From the NCBI GenBank assembly GCA_964507055.1, contig CAZDOJ010000001.1:465313-529312 (forward strand): DNA of 64,000 nt, given 5' to 3'. Positions 1-8,826 of this stretch are shown here, piece by piece. Position 1 is the first letter of the stretch, and every line of letters starts with the position of its first letter. The notes under the pieces were generated by a model, which saw nothing but the letters and a program-made list of their open reading frames with translations, was not told where the DNA came from and did no database searches. The translations under genes and the position numbers were made by a program. Origin of the DNA: an uncultured Gammaproteobacteria bacterium (lineage in GTDB: Bacteria > Patescibacteriota > Microgenomatia > Levybacterales > UBA12049).

Positions 1-1975
1 TATCGTAATCATCGCCATAATTATTTAGATGCATGTACGCTTCCCCTCCAAATATTTGAGAAGTGAACCCAGAGAAGAATAAATATAACAAAATTAAAGA
101 TGCTCCCATCGCATAAAAGGCTAACTTTCTCAAGAAAGTAAAAAAGAACATTGTACCTAAAATAGCAGGTAAAGATAAAATTACTAACGATTGAAGATAA
201 AATCTAGAGAGATTATAGCTTGCTGTCAAACTTGGATTTAGGATCATAATTGCAATAAGCATTGCTGATACAAACGCCAGTATAATAAATTCACGATGAA
301 ATACAGAATTCTTGAATTTCATAAATAACATAAGAAAAACTCCGATAAAAACAAATATTTTAAACGGCTGTTTGAATAGTTGGAAAAATATATTAATTTC
401 ACTAGAAATACTAGTTTTGATTGCTGGATCCGCTGAGCTAGGATATAATGGAGCTAGAGTATATTTATCCACAACTGATCTTGGATATTTAGGACTTAAG
501 TCACTTTGGAACATGAAGACTTGATTTTCAATGTACTCATTTAATTGATCAACTTTATTAATATCTCCATCTGGTAATACTTGTACTGCTTTTCTAGTAT
601 CCTCATTATCATTCTTTGCATGAAACATTTTATCCATATCTTGAATAAAATCCTGTGCTACTTGAGTTGCATGTTTTGCTGTACTATTTACTACTGAATA
701 CCAAACTAATGAATATGAAAAAAGCACAAATAAAATAAGAGGCGAAATAAAATAAGAATGCTTTATTTCATTTTGTGACTTTAGTTTCAGCTTTTGTGCA
801 ACTTTCTTTACAAAATTCCATCTCCTTATAATTCTAATAGTTCCTAAGCCAAGATATGTAATCATTAATAATATTAACGCAATATAAGTTGTTGAATAGT
901 GAGACATAATAAGGGATATACCAAATATTATGACTAAAATACTTCTTACTTTAGAATTTAAATTTTCTTCGAAAATTGTTAGGAGCATTATTCCAAAAAA
1001 GGCAAAAGCTATTTCTTGCCGCATTAATGCAACCATTGGCTGAATATAAAATGGCTGTATCATTATGTAAAAAGAAGCAAAATAGCTTAATGCACTAGTA
1101 GAATATCTTCTTGCAATAAGATAAACACTTACCGGAAGTAATGAGAAGATGACTTGGTAAACAATTTTAAATAAGCCTTCAATAGTAATGCCAGTTAGTA
1201 AATTAAATATCGTAGGTAAAAGAGTAATACTTAAGCATGAATTATAATCATGTTGAATATTGTTTGGACTCCAGTATCCAATATCTTTTGTCAATTGGAA
1301 TAATCTGTTTTCGTCTTGTATATCCCATCCAGATATATACCAACTTCTCAGAGAAAGCATTAATAGAAGAGATAAGCTTATTAAAAAGATTCCATACGGG
1401 AAAATATACCCTGGAATACGTTTATGAGTGAATAAGATTAAACAGCTAAATACTGCAATTCCTGCTAAAGCAGTCATAGTAAAAATATTTCCGCCCCCGT
1501 TATTTAAAATTATTGCTCCAAATATACTTAAGAGTGTAAAGATAACTGGTAAAATAAATAGAATTGTATTAAGAACATTCACTCTTCTAAATTCAAATTT
1601 AAATTTAAATTGTATATCTTGTTTTCTAAAATATCCCACAAGAGTTAATACAAAAATGTATACATTAACCAAGGCAAACATTAGAGGTTTTGTGAGTGGA
1701 GGCGTATGGATGCTGGCAAACCACACCCAATTAAAAATTAGTCCAACTATCATTAGCACTGAGATGCTTAATCCTATTGACGTAACTATGTAATTCCAAA
1801 AAGGAAGATTCTTCACACGTAAAGCCATGAGAGTTAATACTCCAGGTAATGTAATAAGAAAAATAAGACTTAGCGAAGAAAAGATAAAGGATTTATTCAG
1901 TAAAATTGAAACATCCATCAAAAGAGTTAAAAGAAATAGAAATAAATATAATGTTTTTTTAGTTAGATGTATCAT
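1..1975 (-). CDS. Large polytopic membrane protein, partial (continues beyond window start). Many TM helices plus a soluble loop. Probable glycan polymerase or GT-C/Wzy-like partner of the downstream GT operon.
   Basis: By my own translation, the reverse complement of 1..1975 is open with no stop for at least 658 codons, starting MIHLTKKTLYLFLFLL. Its ATG overlaps the TGA stop of the upstream GT4 gene (ATGA overlap at 1972-1975). The protein is very hydrophobic and Phe/Leu/Ile-rich. It is missing from the ORF track, presumably because it runs off the window edge. Confidence 0.55.
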   Translation of the reverse strand, partial: MIHLTKKTLYLFLFLLTLLMDVSILLNKSFIFSSLSLIFLITLPGVLTLMALRVKNLPFWNYIVTSIGLSISVLMIVGLIFNWVWFASIHTPPLTKPLMFALVNVYIFVLTLVGYFRKQDIQFKFKFEFRRVNVLNTILFILPVIFTLLSIFGAIILNNGGGNIFTMTALAGIAVFSCLILFTHKRIPGYIFPYGIFLISLSLLLMLSLRSWYISGWDIQDENRLFQLTKDIGYWSPNNIQHDYNSCLSITLLPTIFNLLTGITIEGLFKIVYQVIFSLLPVSVYLIARRYSTSALSYFASFYIMIQPFYIQPMVALMRQEIAFAFFGIMLLTIFEENLNSKVRSILVIIFGISLIMSHYSTTYIALILLMITYLGLGTIRIIRRWNFVKKVAQKLKLKSQNEIKHSYFISPLILFVLFSYSLVWYSVVNSTAKHATQVAQDFIQDMDKMFHAKNDNEDTRKAVQVLPDGDINKVDQLNEYIENQVFMFQSDLSPKYPRSVVDKYTLAPLYPSSADPAIKTSISSEINIFFQLFKQPFKIFVFIGVFLMLFMKFKNSVFHREFIILAFVSAMLIAIMILNPSLTASYNLSRFYLQSLVILSLPAILGTMFFFTFLRKLAFYAMGASLILLYLFFSGFTSQIFGGEAYMHLNNYGDDYD

Positions 1976-3189
1976 ACATTTACAATGTCACGTATCACTT
2001 TCTCATATTTTTCAGGTCTATATAATTTGTCATAAAGTTTATATGCTTCCGCTGAAAGTTTTACTTTTAAAATACTATCTTTTTCTAATGTAGAGATACT
2101 TTTTATAAACTGATCAAATGTATCATATAAAAGTGCATTCTTTTTATGGGTAAGTACACTTTTAAATTCTCCATAGTTAGGCGCCACAATTGCTTTCTTT
2201 GCAGACATATAGTCAAATAATTTTGTCGGAAGAATAGATTCGGTCAGAGAATCCTGTTTCCATGGCACGATTCCTACATCAATAACTGGGATTACATTGT
2301 GGATATCTTTAACTCTCCCTGTAATAATAATAGCAGAATTACCCTTAGCTGATTTCTTTATTTCATCTAAGCCATCTCCCGCACCAACCAATAACAGCTT
2401 TGTATTAGGTATTCTTTCTTTCATTTTTTCAAAATTCTTAATTAGTTCGACCACTCCAATAAACGTATACTCGTAGGAAAAAGAACTAAAGCATCCAAGA
2501 ACGAAATCCTCTCTTGAAAGTCCAAGTTCTTTTCTTGTCTTTGCCATATTTTTAGAAGTATTTTTATTTTCTTCTACCGTATTGGGGATTACGTGAATCT
2601 TATTTCCCTTAACGCCTGTTCGAGAAACAATCTTATCTGCTTGACCACGACTTGTAACGATAATTTTTGTATATCTATTACATAAAAATTTTTCAAGCCC
2701 AATCTCTATTTTGTAAACAATGCTAGATTGATGTAGGCCTTTTATATGCTCAGCCAATTCAGGCTCTAGATCGTGGAATTCAAGGACATGAAGCTTAGTT
2801 TTGTTAACTTTGCTAAACATCCATGCAAAAAAAGGAACGGTTAAAGGGGATGTAACTACATAAAGCTTTTTCTCTTCTTTAATGTATCTTTGAAGCGTTT
2901 TATATAGAATAAGACATAGATTCATCATTAGTTCAAGATTTCTTTTGATCTCATAGAACCCCGTTAAATACTTTTTGGGACGTTCTACTAATTGGCTATT
3001 TGAATAGTATCTATAAATAGTAATTTCTCGATGAGGAGATTTATAGATCTGAATATCTTTTTTTTCATTTTCACCCCTGCAAACAATGACTACGGGCTCA
3101 TCTTTAGAAATTGCATCGATTTCGCGTTTACATCGAATGCCAAATCCTGAGTTGTCTGGGAAATACCCATTAAAAATATAAATTATCAT
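1972..3189 (-). CDS. Glycosyltransferase, GT-B fold (GT4-like)
   Basis: 405 aa ORF with a C-terminal GT-B donor-binding region (..TKLFDYMSAKKAIVAPNYGEF..). It overlaps its neighbours by 4 nt on each side in an operon of GTs. Confidence 0.75.
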   Translation of the reverse strand: MIIYIFNGYFPDNSGFGIRCKREIDAISKDEPVVIVCRGENEKKDIQIYKSPHREITIYRYYSNSQLVERPKKYLTGFYEIKRNLELMMNLCLILYKTLQRYIKEEKKLYVVTSPLTVPFFAWMFSKVNKTKLHVLEFHDLEPELAEHIKGLHQSSIVYKIEIGLEKFLCNRYTKIIVTSRGQADKIVSRTGVKGNKIHVIPNTVEENKNTSKNMAKTRKELGLSREDFVLGCFSSFSYEYTFIGVVELIKNFEKMKERIPNTKLLLVGAGDGLDEIKKSAKGNSAIIITGRVKDIHNVIPVIDVGIVPWKQDSLTESILPTKLFDYMSAKKAIVAPNYGEFKSVLTHKKNALLYDTFDQFIKSISTLEKDSILKVKLSAEAYKLYDKLYRPEKYEKVIRDIVNV

Positions 3190-4337
3190 AATAAATCTTT
3201 AATAAGCATATTTGTTTTCTTGACCTGTAAATCCCATGTAAACTTCTCTTTCACTTTCATATAGTTCCTCTCTCCCAATTGCCTAGATAAAGACGAATCT
3301 GAAAAAAGTGTCAATATTGCTTTTGAAAGAGATTGAGAATCTTTAGGATCTACAAGTATGCCATTGGTTTTATCTACAACATATGGTATTCCGCCTACTT
3401 TTGTTGCAATAACAGGTTTATGAGCCGCTCCTGCCTCTATAAGTACCATACCAAAACCCTCTGAATCATTTATACTAGGCAAAACCAGTGCTTCACTTAC
3501 TTTATAATACTGAATAAGTTGAGTGTCATTTACATTTGTTAAAAAGGTAACATTATTTGTAAGGCCCTTATCCAGAACAATTTTTTTATAATCGTCGATC
3601 ATATCACCTTTTCCAATAATAATTAGCTTTATTTCTTTTATTTCTTTTTTAATTAAAATAAGTGATTCTAATAGGTATTTTAGACCTTTATGCTTATATG
3701 TATGTTCAAGTTGTCCCACAAATAGAATAACTTTATATGGCGAAAAGCGTTTTTTTAATAATGTAGATACAGGTGTTAAGCGGTATTTTAATAGATCTAC
3801 TCCTGGAGAAATAACTATTGTTTTAGATAAAAATTTGCTAAGAATCTTTGATTTTTCTTTATAGAAATCAGATGTTACTACTACTTTCTGTGCTAGTTTT
3901 AACGTATTAATACCGGCTAATTTATAATATGTGCTTATGATTAGGTTTAGAACAAAAGTATTTTTAACTAAATCATTATGATAGGTCAAAATATAAGGTA
4001 TATTCTTTTTTTTAGCAATACTAGCACTTATATCTGATATAAATGGAACGGGTGTATGACCATTTATGATATCAGGCTTCTCCTTTTCTATAATATTACT
4101 AATACGTGTATGCCAATTAAACCCAATTGGTGTATTGGATAATTTTAGTGATGGTTTTAACTTATATATTTTGATTCCATCAATCTCTTCAGTAGTATCT
4201 TTAGAAAAAGGATTTGAAGCTATTATTACAACATCATGCAGATACATTTTTTTAAGTCCTAATGCAATATTCCAGACGTAATTTTCAACGCCTCCTTTTT
4301 TAGGGTATGTATATGGTGTAATAAACAATATTTTCAT
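3186..4337 (-). CDS. Glycosyltransferase family 4
   Basis: 383 aa with the classic GT4 EX7E motif (SEGFGMVLIEAGAAHKPVIATKVGGIPYVVD). Confidence 0.85.
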   Translation of the reverse strand: MKILFITPYTYPKKGGVENYVWNIALGLKKMYLHDVVIIASNPFSKDTTEEIDGIKIYKLKPSLKLSNTPIGFNWHTRISNIIEKEKPDIINGHTPVPFISDISASIAKKKNIPYILTYHNDLVKNTFVLNLIISTYYKLAGINTLKLAQKVVVTSDFYKEKSKILSKFLSKTIVISPGVDLLKYRLTPVSTLLKKRFSPYKVILFVGQLEHTYKHKGLKYLLESLILIKKEIKEIKLIIIGKGDMIDDYKKIVLDKGLTNNVTFLTNVNDTQLIQYYKVSEALVLPSINDSEGFGMVLIEAGAAHKPVIATKVGGIPYVVDKTNGILVDPKDSQSLSKAILTLFSDSSLSRQLGERNYMKVKEKFTWDLQVKKTNMLIKDLL

Positions 4338-4341
4338 ACTT

Positions 4342-5475
4342 TTAATCTTTTTTTAAATATATTTTTTCTAGTTGTTTAACATTCTCTTCCCAAGAAATAA
4401 AATACTTACTACTAAAAGCATGTGAGAAATTAGACATTCTTTCAAGTTCAATAGGACTTTTTAAATATTTATCAACCTTTTGTGTAATCTTTTCCGATGA
4501 ATAATCTAAAGTTACAATGTTTTTCTCACCTATAGAAGTAATGTAGTCGTTATCTTTACCTACAAATACTGGAAGTCCTGACAGCATGGCTTCTTGGACA
4601 GATAAGGGAAAACCTTCGCTATGAGAAGGAAGTATAAAAATATCACTTAATTGAAAATATTCTGCTAATTCTTCTTTATTTTTTCTTCCTAATATTCGAA
4701 TATTTTTATTAGTTTTATATACTTTGTCTTTTGTATCACCAATAAGAATAAGTAAAGCTTTCTCAAAATTAGTATTTAGTAATAGATTATATCCTTTTTT
4801 GGGGACAAACCTACCTACAAACAATACTATTGGGATATTAATAGATAGACCATATTTTTTTCGCAGTTTAAGCTTTACACTATTTGAAACATTATGAAAT
4901 AGTTTTTTTTCAATACCGTTGGGTAAATATTCTACTTTATTAAGATATGGTTTAAGTATGGGGGCTTTTTTAAATTCACTATTAATTACTAATATGCAAT
5001 TTGCTAGTTTAAGTATTATATTTCCAACTGTAAAACTTACAAACTTTTCTAAGTAATTGATTAATATGTTATTATAAAGTACATGAACAATATGAATGGT
5101 AACAAAAGACTTTTTTTTAAAAAGTCTCGCTAATAATGCTCCGACTAATGATGAGGGATAAAGAAAGTCATGTATGTGAATAACATCAGCATTTTTAATG
5201 GCTTTAATCGATTGTAAGTTAAAAAATATAACTGGTACCGGTACATGAAGTTTCTCTAGAAAGTCGAAGGCTGGTAATTTTATGTATGTTACCCCTTTAT
5301 AAACAAACTTACTTTTATCCTTTGGTAAATTGCTACTAATTAACGTAACATTATGACCTTGTTTTACAAGTTCTTCTGCTTGATTTTTAGCTACATTACC
5401 AATACCACTCCCTTTGTATGGATACGTATATGACACTAAAATCACAATATTAATGCTTTTGAAGCTTTTAATCAT
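4342..5475 (-). CDS. Glycosyltransferase family 4
   Basis: 377 aa with the motif SHSEGFPLSVQEAMLSGLPVFVGK. Confidence 0.85.
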   Translation of the reverse strand: MIKSFKSINIVILVSYTYPYKGSGIGNVAKNQAEELVKQGHNVTLISSNLPKDKSKFVYKGVTYIKLPAFDFLEKLHVPVPVIFFNLQSIKAIKNADVIHIHDFLYPSSLVGALLARLFKKKSFVTIHIVHVLYNNILINYLEKFVSFTVGNIILKLANCILVINSEFKKAPILKPYLNKVEYLPNGIEKKLFHNVSNSVKLKLRKKYGLSINIPIVLFVGRFVPKKGYNLLLNTNFEKALLILIGDTKDKVYKTNKNIRILGRKNKEELAEYFQLSDIFILPSHSEGFPLSVQEAMLSGLPVFVGKDNDYITSIGEKNIVTLDYSSEKITQKVDKYLKSPIELERMSNFSHAFSSKYFISWEENVKQLEKIYLKKD

Positions 5476-5486
5476 AATAACGGGGA

Positions 5487-6239
5487 TTACGCTGAGCTTT
5501 TAGCTCCTAAGCCTGGACTTACGTTCTGCTGTTCAGGCTTCCAGGACAGATTCCTGAAAAATGTGGACAGAATTTTTAAGCCATCTGAGACAGAATCAAT
5601 CTTTGATTCCCCTTCTCGTTGTTCATACGTAATCGGTACAGAATAGATTTCCTGTTTTAATTTTACCATTTTTGTAATCATTTCCATCTCAATAGCAAAA
5701 CCTCTGGATTCAAGGTGCGGAAGTAATTCGCGTAAAGACTTATGTTTCCAAGCAAAAAAACCACTCAATACATCAGTAACATTAGCACGATATATCTGCC
5801 GTACTATAAATGTGAATACCCAATTAGCAAGTCTATTACTAAAGCGAAGGGAACCATGTTTTATTTTTCCTCCAAGGCGACTTCCTACAACAACATCACA
5901 GAAATTACTTGCAAGTGGTTCGACTAGACGTGGTATTTCTTTTCCTTTGTATGTATTGTCCCCATCAAGCATTATTACGTAGTCTGTATCGGGCTTTACT
6001 GCGTTCATACCTGTGCGTATGGCATGGCCTTTTCCAACTTTTTCTTCACATATTACTCTTGCATTCTTTGATTCAGCAATGGCCTTAGTTTTATCAGTAC
6101 AATTATTATCAATAACAATAATATCTGTGTTGTATCCCTGACGACGAAGTTTGACAACCGGTATAGAATCAATAACCTTTCCTATACCTTTTTCTTCATT
6201 ATAACAAGGAATTAACACTGTGATTTTTTTTAATCTCAT
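5487..6239 (-). CDS. GT2 polyprenyl-phosphate glycosyltransferase (DPM1/GtrB-like)
   Basis: 250 aa. N-terminus VLIPCYNEEKGI, VIDNNCTDKT, and the DXD-type MLDGDNTY motif. Confidence 0.85.
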   Translation of the reverse strand: MRLKKITVLIPCYNEEKGIGKVIDSIPVVKLRRQGYNTDIIVIDNNCTDKTKAIAESKNARVICEEKVGKGHAIRTGMNAVKPDTDYVIMLDGDNTYKGKEIPRLVEPLASNFCDVVVGSRLGGKIKHGSLRFSNRLANWVFTFIVRQIYRANVTDVLSGFFAWKHKSLRELLPHLESRGFAIEMEMITKMVKLKQEIYSVPITYEQREGESKIDSVSDGLKILSTFFRNLSWKPEQQNVSPGLGAKSSA

Positions 6240-6682
6240 TTATTTTCCTCTCCTATCCAATAATGGATCTCTTGACCTTTATTATTAAGTTTTACTGTAA
6301 TTTTTGCTCTCGCAACGGGCTGTAATAGTTCAAAGTAAACTGGAATTGTCTTTTTCTCGTTATGTTTTAAAACAACAATATCTTTAACTATTTCTGCTTT
6401 ATTTCCATTAGTATCAGTTATAAAAATTTCATAGGGATAAGTTACAGTTCCATACTCTCTATTATGAATGGTAAAAGAAAACGATTGCGGATTGTTTGGT
6501 TCAATCTGTTTTACAAGTTTTTCATGATTCTCAAAATAGAGTTCAGTGAAGGTTTCTGGTTTTACAGTGGTTGCGAGTGCGACTGTCTGTCTTGCTGAAG
6601 GATTTTGTGATACCAGGAAGAAAGCTGAAGCGATAAAGCTTATGACTATGGCAATTAGGGCATGTTTTGCTATGTATTTCAT
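6236..6682 (-). CDS. Membrane-anchored hypothetical protein, first gene of the GT operon
   Basis: 148 aa with an N-terminal TM helix followed by a beta-rich domain. It overlaps the GT2 start in an ATGA arrangement. Confidence 0.5.
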   Translation of the reverse strand: MKYIAKHALIAIVISFIASAFFLVSQNPSARQTVALATTVKPETFTELYFENHEKLVKQIEPNNPQSFSFTIHNREYGTVTYPYEIFITDTNGNKAEIVKDIVVLKHNEKKTIPVYFELLQPVARAKITVKLNNKGQEIHYWIGEENK

Positions 6683-6706
6683 TTTAAATCACAGACAGGT
6701 TGATAA

Positions 6707-6724
6707 CTGACAAAATGCTGACAA
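6707..6724. promoter_or_regulatory. Direct repeat CTGACAA-N4-CTGACAA (11-bp period) just upstream of the GT operon start codon
   Basis: Seen in sequence 25-42 nt upstream of the 6682 start on the minus strand. It is a candidate binding site for a tandem-repeat-recognising regulator. Confidence 0.25.
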
Positions 6725-6919
6725 TATATACCAGTATATCAAAATGATCTCAACATTTTTATAGACAGATAGTAAGACATAAGTATACTTTGATGAGATT
6801 AACTTTCTTTACCAATCTAATCTACATATATATACTAATAGATAAATATAAAAATTACGTAAGAGACACCCCAGATAGCCCAACAGAAAGCAACCCCTTT
6901 TTTCAAACCTGACAAAAAC

Positions 6920-6950
6920 GAAAAAGCCCCACTCGCGTCCGAGCAGGGCT
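6920..6950 (-). terminator. Rho-independent terminator candidate for the repeat-protein gene
   Basis: On the minus strand a hairpin AGCUCC..GGGGCU-type stem (AGCCC/GGGCT arms) is followed by a U-run. Confidence 0.4.
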
Positions 6951-6973
6951 TAAAAGAATACAGATTCTTAATC

Positions 6974-7570
6974 TTACTGATTAAGTGTATTTGATGAACC
7001 ATTTACGGTTACATTAACAGTTGATCCTGCAGCACCTGTGGTAACTGAAGAAGTTCCACCAGTATTAAAACTGGAAGAATTACCTCCTGAGTTAGCATTT
7101 GAGTTCACTCCATTGAAGACATTACTTACGTTTGTCTGGATAGCAGTAAACCAGTTAGAGTTATTTACTTTCACACTGTTGTGAGAGAAAGCACCATTAT
7201 CTACTACGCCAACTGCTGTTTCAGCTTCACAGTTGCAATCTGAATTAACAGTTGCAGTATTTGTGTTACCTCCTACAGTTACATTTACAGTACTTGTAGC
7301 AGCTCCTGAAGTTACACTCGCGTTACCGCCAGTATTAAATCCTACCTTGTTTCCGCCAGTGTTTGACTTTGAGTTAACAACATTTTTCACATTTTGCTTG
7401 TTGGTTTGTGCAATAGTTGTTACTTTGACGTTCTTAACTTGTACCTTTGACTTGGAGAAAACACCATTATTGCCGACAACAACATCTGTTGCTGCGAAAG
7501 CTGCTGGAGCCATTGCTCCAAGCAAAATTGCTGATGTAGCAATAGCTGTTCCTAATTTAAGTTTGTTCAT
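6974..7570 (-). CDS. Secreted Asn/Gly/Ser/Thr-rich tandem-repeat protein (two ~80-aa repeats). Possible surface fibre or adhesin subunit.
   Basis: 198 aa. Signal peptide MNKLKLGTAIATSAILLGAMAPAAFA-AT. Internal repeats (..FNTGGNASVTSGAATSTVNVTVGGNTNT.. and ..FNTGGTSSVTTGAAGSTVNVTVNGSSNT..). Strong SD GAAAGGAGGTGA lies 5 nt upstream of the ATG. Confidence 0.65.
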   Translation of the reverse strand: MNKLKLGTAIATSAILLGAMAPAAFAATDVVVGNNGVFSKSKVQVKNVKVTTIAQTNKQNVKNVVNSKSNTGGNKVGFNTGGNASVTSGAATSTVNVTVGGNTNTATVNSDCNCEAETAVGVVDNGAFSHNSVKVNNSNWFTAIQTNVSNVFNGVNSNANSGGNSSSFNTGGTSSVTTGAAGSTVNVTVNGSSNTLNQ

Positions 7571-7593
7571 TTAAATCACCTCCTTTCTTCTGC

Positions 7594-7643
7594 GATGAGC
7601 AAATAGTGTATTGCGAGCGATCACAAGACATTATTTGCTCATC
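7594..7643 (-). promoter_or_regulatory. 12-bp perfect inverted repeat (GATGAGCAAATA / TATTTGCTCATC) forming a 5'-UTR stem-loop upstream of the repeat-protein gene
   Basis: Arms at about 7594-7605 and 7632-7643 with a 26-nt loop. It sits immediately upstream of the SD and has no following U-run, so it is not a terminator. Confidence 0.3.
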
Positions 7644-7763
7644 TATATTGAAGTTTAGAAAATATTACGGGTTGTACGTGTTGAAGATATTTTGAAGCAT
7701 TCATCATAGGGCAATTGTTGAACGTCTGTAATTAACGAGTCTAAGACTTACCTGTAAAGCATG

Positions 7764-7804
7764 AAAAAACCTCTTGAATATCCCCAAAAACAATATTCAA
7801 GAGG
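7764..7804 (-). terminator. Rho-independent terminator of the EEP-family gene
   Basis: 12-bp stem CCTCTTGAATAT / ATATTCAAGAGG with an 11-nt loop. The minus strand reads hairpin then UUUUUU. Confidence 0.6.
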
Positions 7805-7930
7805 TTGGATGATTTCTACAGGGCAGTCTCATAAATACTTAATTAGATTAATGGAATTGCTCTGTTAAGTCAATTGATATAAAAAATATTAAACTATATC
7901 AAAACTGGCTTTTTCTTCTTTATCTTATAA

Positions 7931-8755
7931 CTAACTTTTAATGCTGAATTTTGCGAAAAGCCCAATGTGGTCGGAGAGATAATCATTGGTGTTTGGAGCG
8001 ATTTTGACTTTGTCTGTGAAAGCATGATCAAGTGACTTGACGCTGATTCTATCATATTTATCGAGCAAAAAGATATAATCAATTCGGACGGATTGGGAGG
8101 CTTGGAATTTCCAATTATATCGATCATTGTAATATGTCGGGAAATCAAATGAGGCAAAAACATCTTTTGCTTTGGTGTATTTCAAGAGGTCTTTGTAGGC
8201 AGGATCTTCTTTGGTCAAATTGAAGTCTCCTGCAGTAATAATAGTATCTCCAGTTTGTGCAAATCGAGCCATAAGCACACTCGCTTCTTGTGTTTGCTTC
8301 TTCAAATAAATATAGTATGGATTTTTTGAAGAAGCTTTATATTCAAAGTCAGAGATAAGATGTGTATTAAGAACTCGTATAGGAAAATTCTTCAGACGAC
8401 ACGATAAAACACCATTTCGTAAATACCTGGTGTACGTGGTAAGAGAACCCAATTCAGAAAACTTCTCATAGCGGATCGACTCAAGCGGAAGTTTGGAAAA
8501 GATAACAACTCCCCCTTTGGGTCCAAAATAAAATTTCTTATAAGCAATATATGGATAACTCTTCAGTTGCTTTTTCAGCAAATGTAAATGATAGTACGTC
8601 GTAACTTCTTGAAAACAAAGCACATCGATGCCACTTGCTTCTAGAAATTCTGTAGCTTTTTTATACCTATCTGTAATCAATGGTGCAAAAAATGGCGTGC
8701 CGAGCGTATTAAAGCTGAGAAGAGAAAATGATGGATTATGGCTAGTTTGTGACAT
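7931..8755 (-). CDS. Endonuclease/exonuclease/phosphatase (EEP) family protein
   Basis: 274 aa with the VLCFQEV motif and a C-terminal SDHIGLFAKF (SDH motif). Confidence 0.75.
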   Translation of the reverse strand: MSQTSHNPSFSLLSFNTLGTPFFAPLITDRYKKATEFLEASGIDVLCFQEVTTYYHLHLLKKQLKSYPYIAYKKFYFGPKGGVVIFSKLPLESIRYEKFSELGSLTTYTRYLRNGVLSCRLKNFPIRVLNTHLISDFEYKASSKNPYYIYLKKQTQEASVLMARFAQTGDTIITAGDFNLTKEDPAYKDLLKYTKAKDVFASFDFPTYYNDRYNWKFQASQSVRIDYIFLLDKYDRISVKSLDHAFTDKVKIAPNTNDYLSDHIGLFAKFSIKS

Positions 8756-8826
8756 ACCTGAAGCTAAACTCTTGTCTTTTGGACCATAAAATTATACCAT
8801 AGAGAGTACCCTGTTCTCACTGCTAT

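Noticed and set aside
7233-7574. 113-aa ORF antisense to the repeat-protein gene
   Set aside because: It is a low-complexity mirror of the Asn/Gly/Thr repeat (giving V/T/P-rich sequence). It has no RBS or promoter. The sense gene has a signal peptide, SD and terminator.
7894-8163. 89-aa minus-strand ORF overlapping the 3' end of the EEP gene
   Set aside because: It is a different frame of the same strand inside a well-supported CDS.
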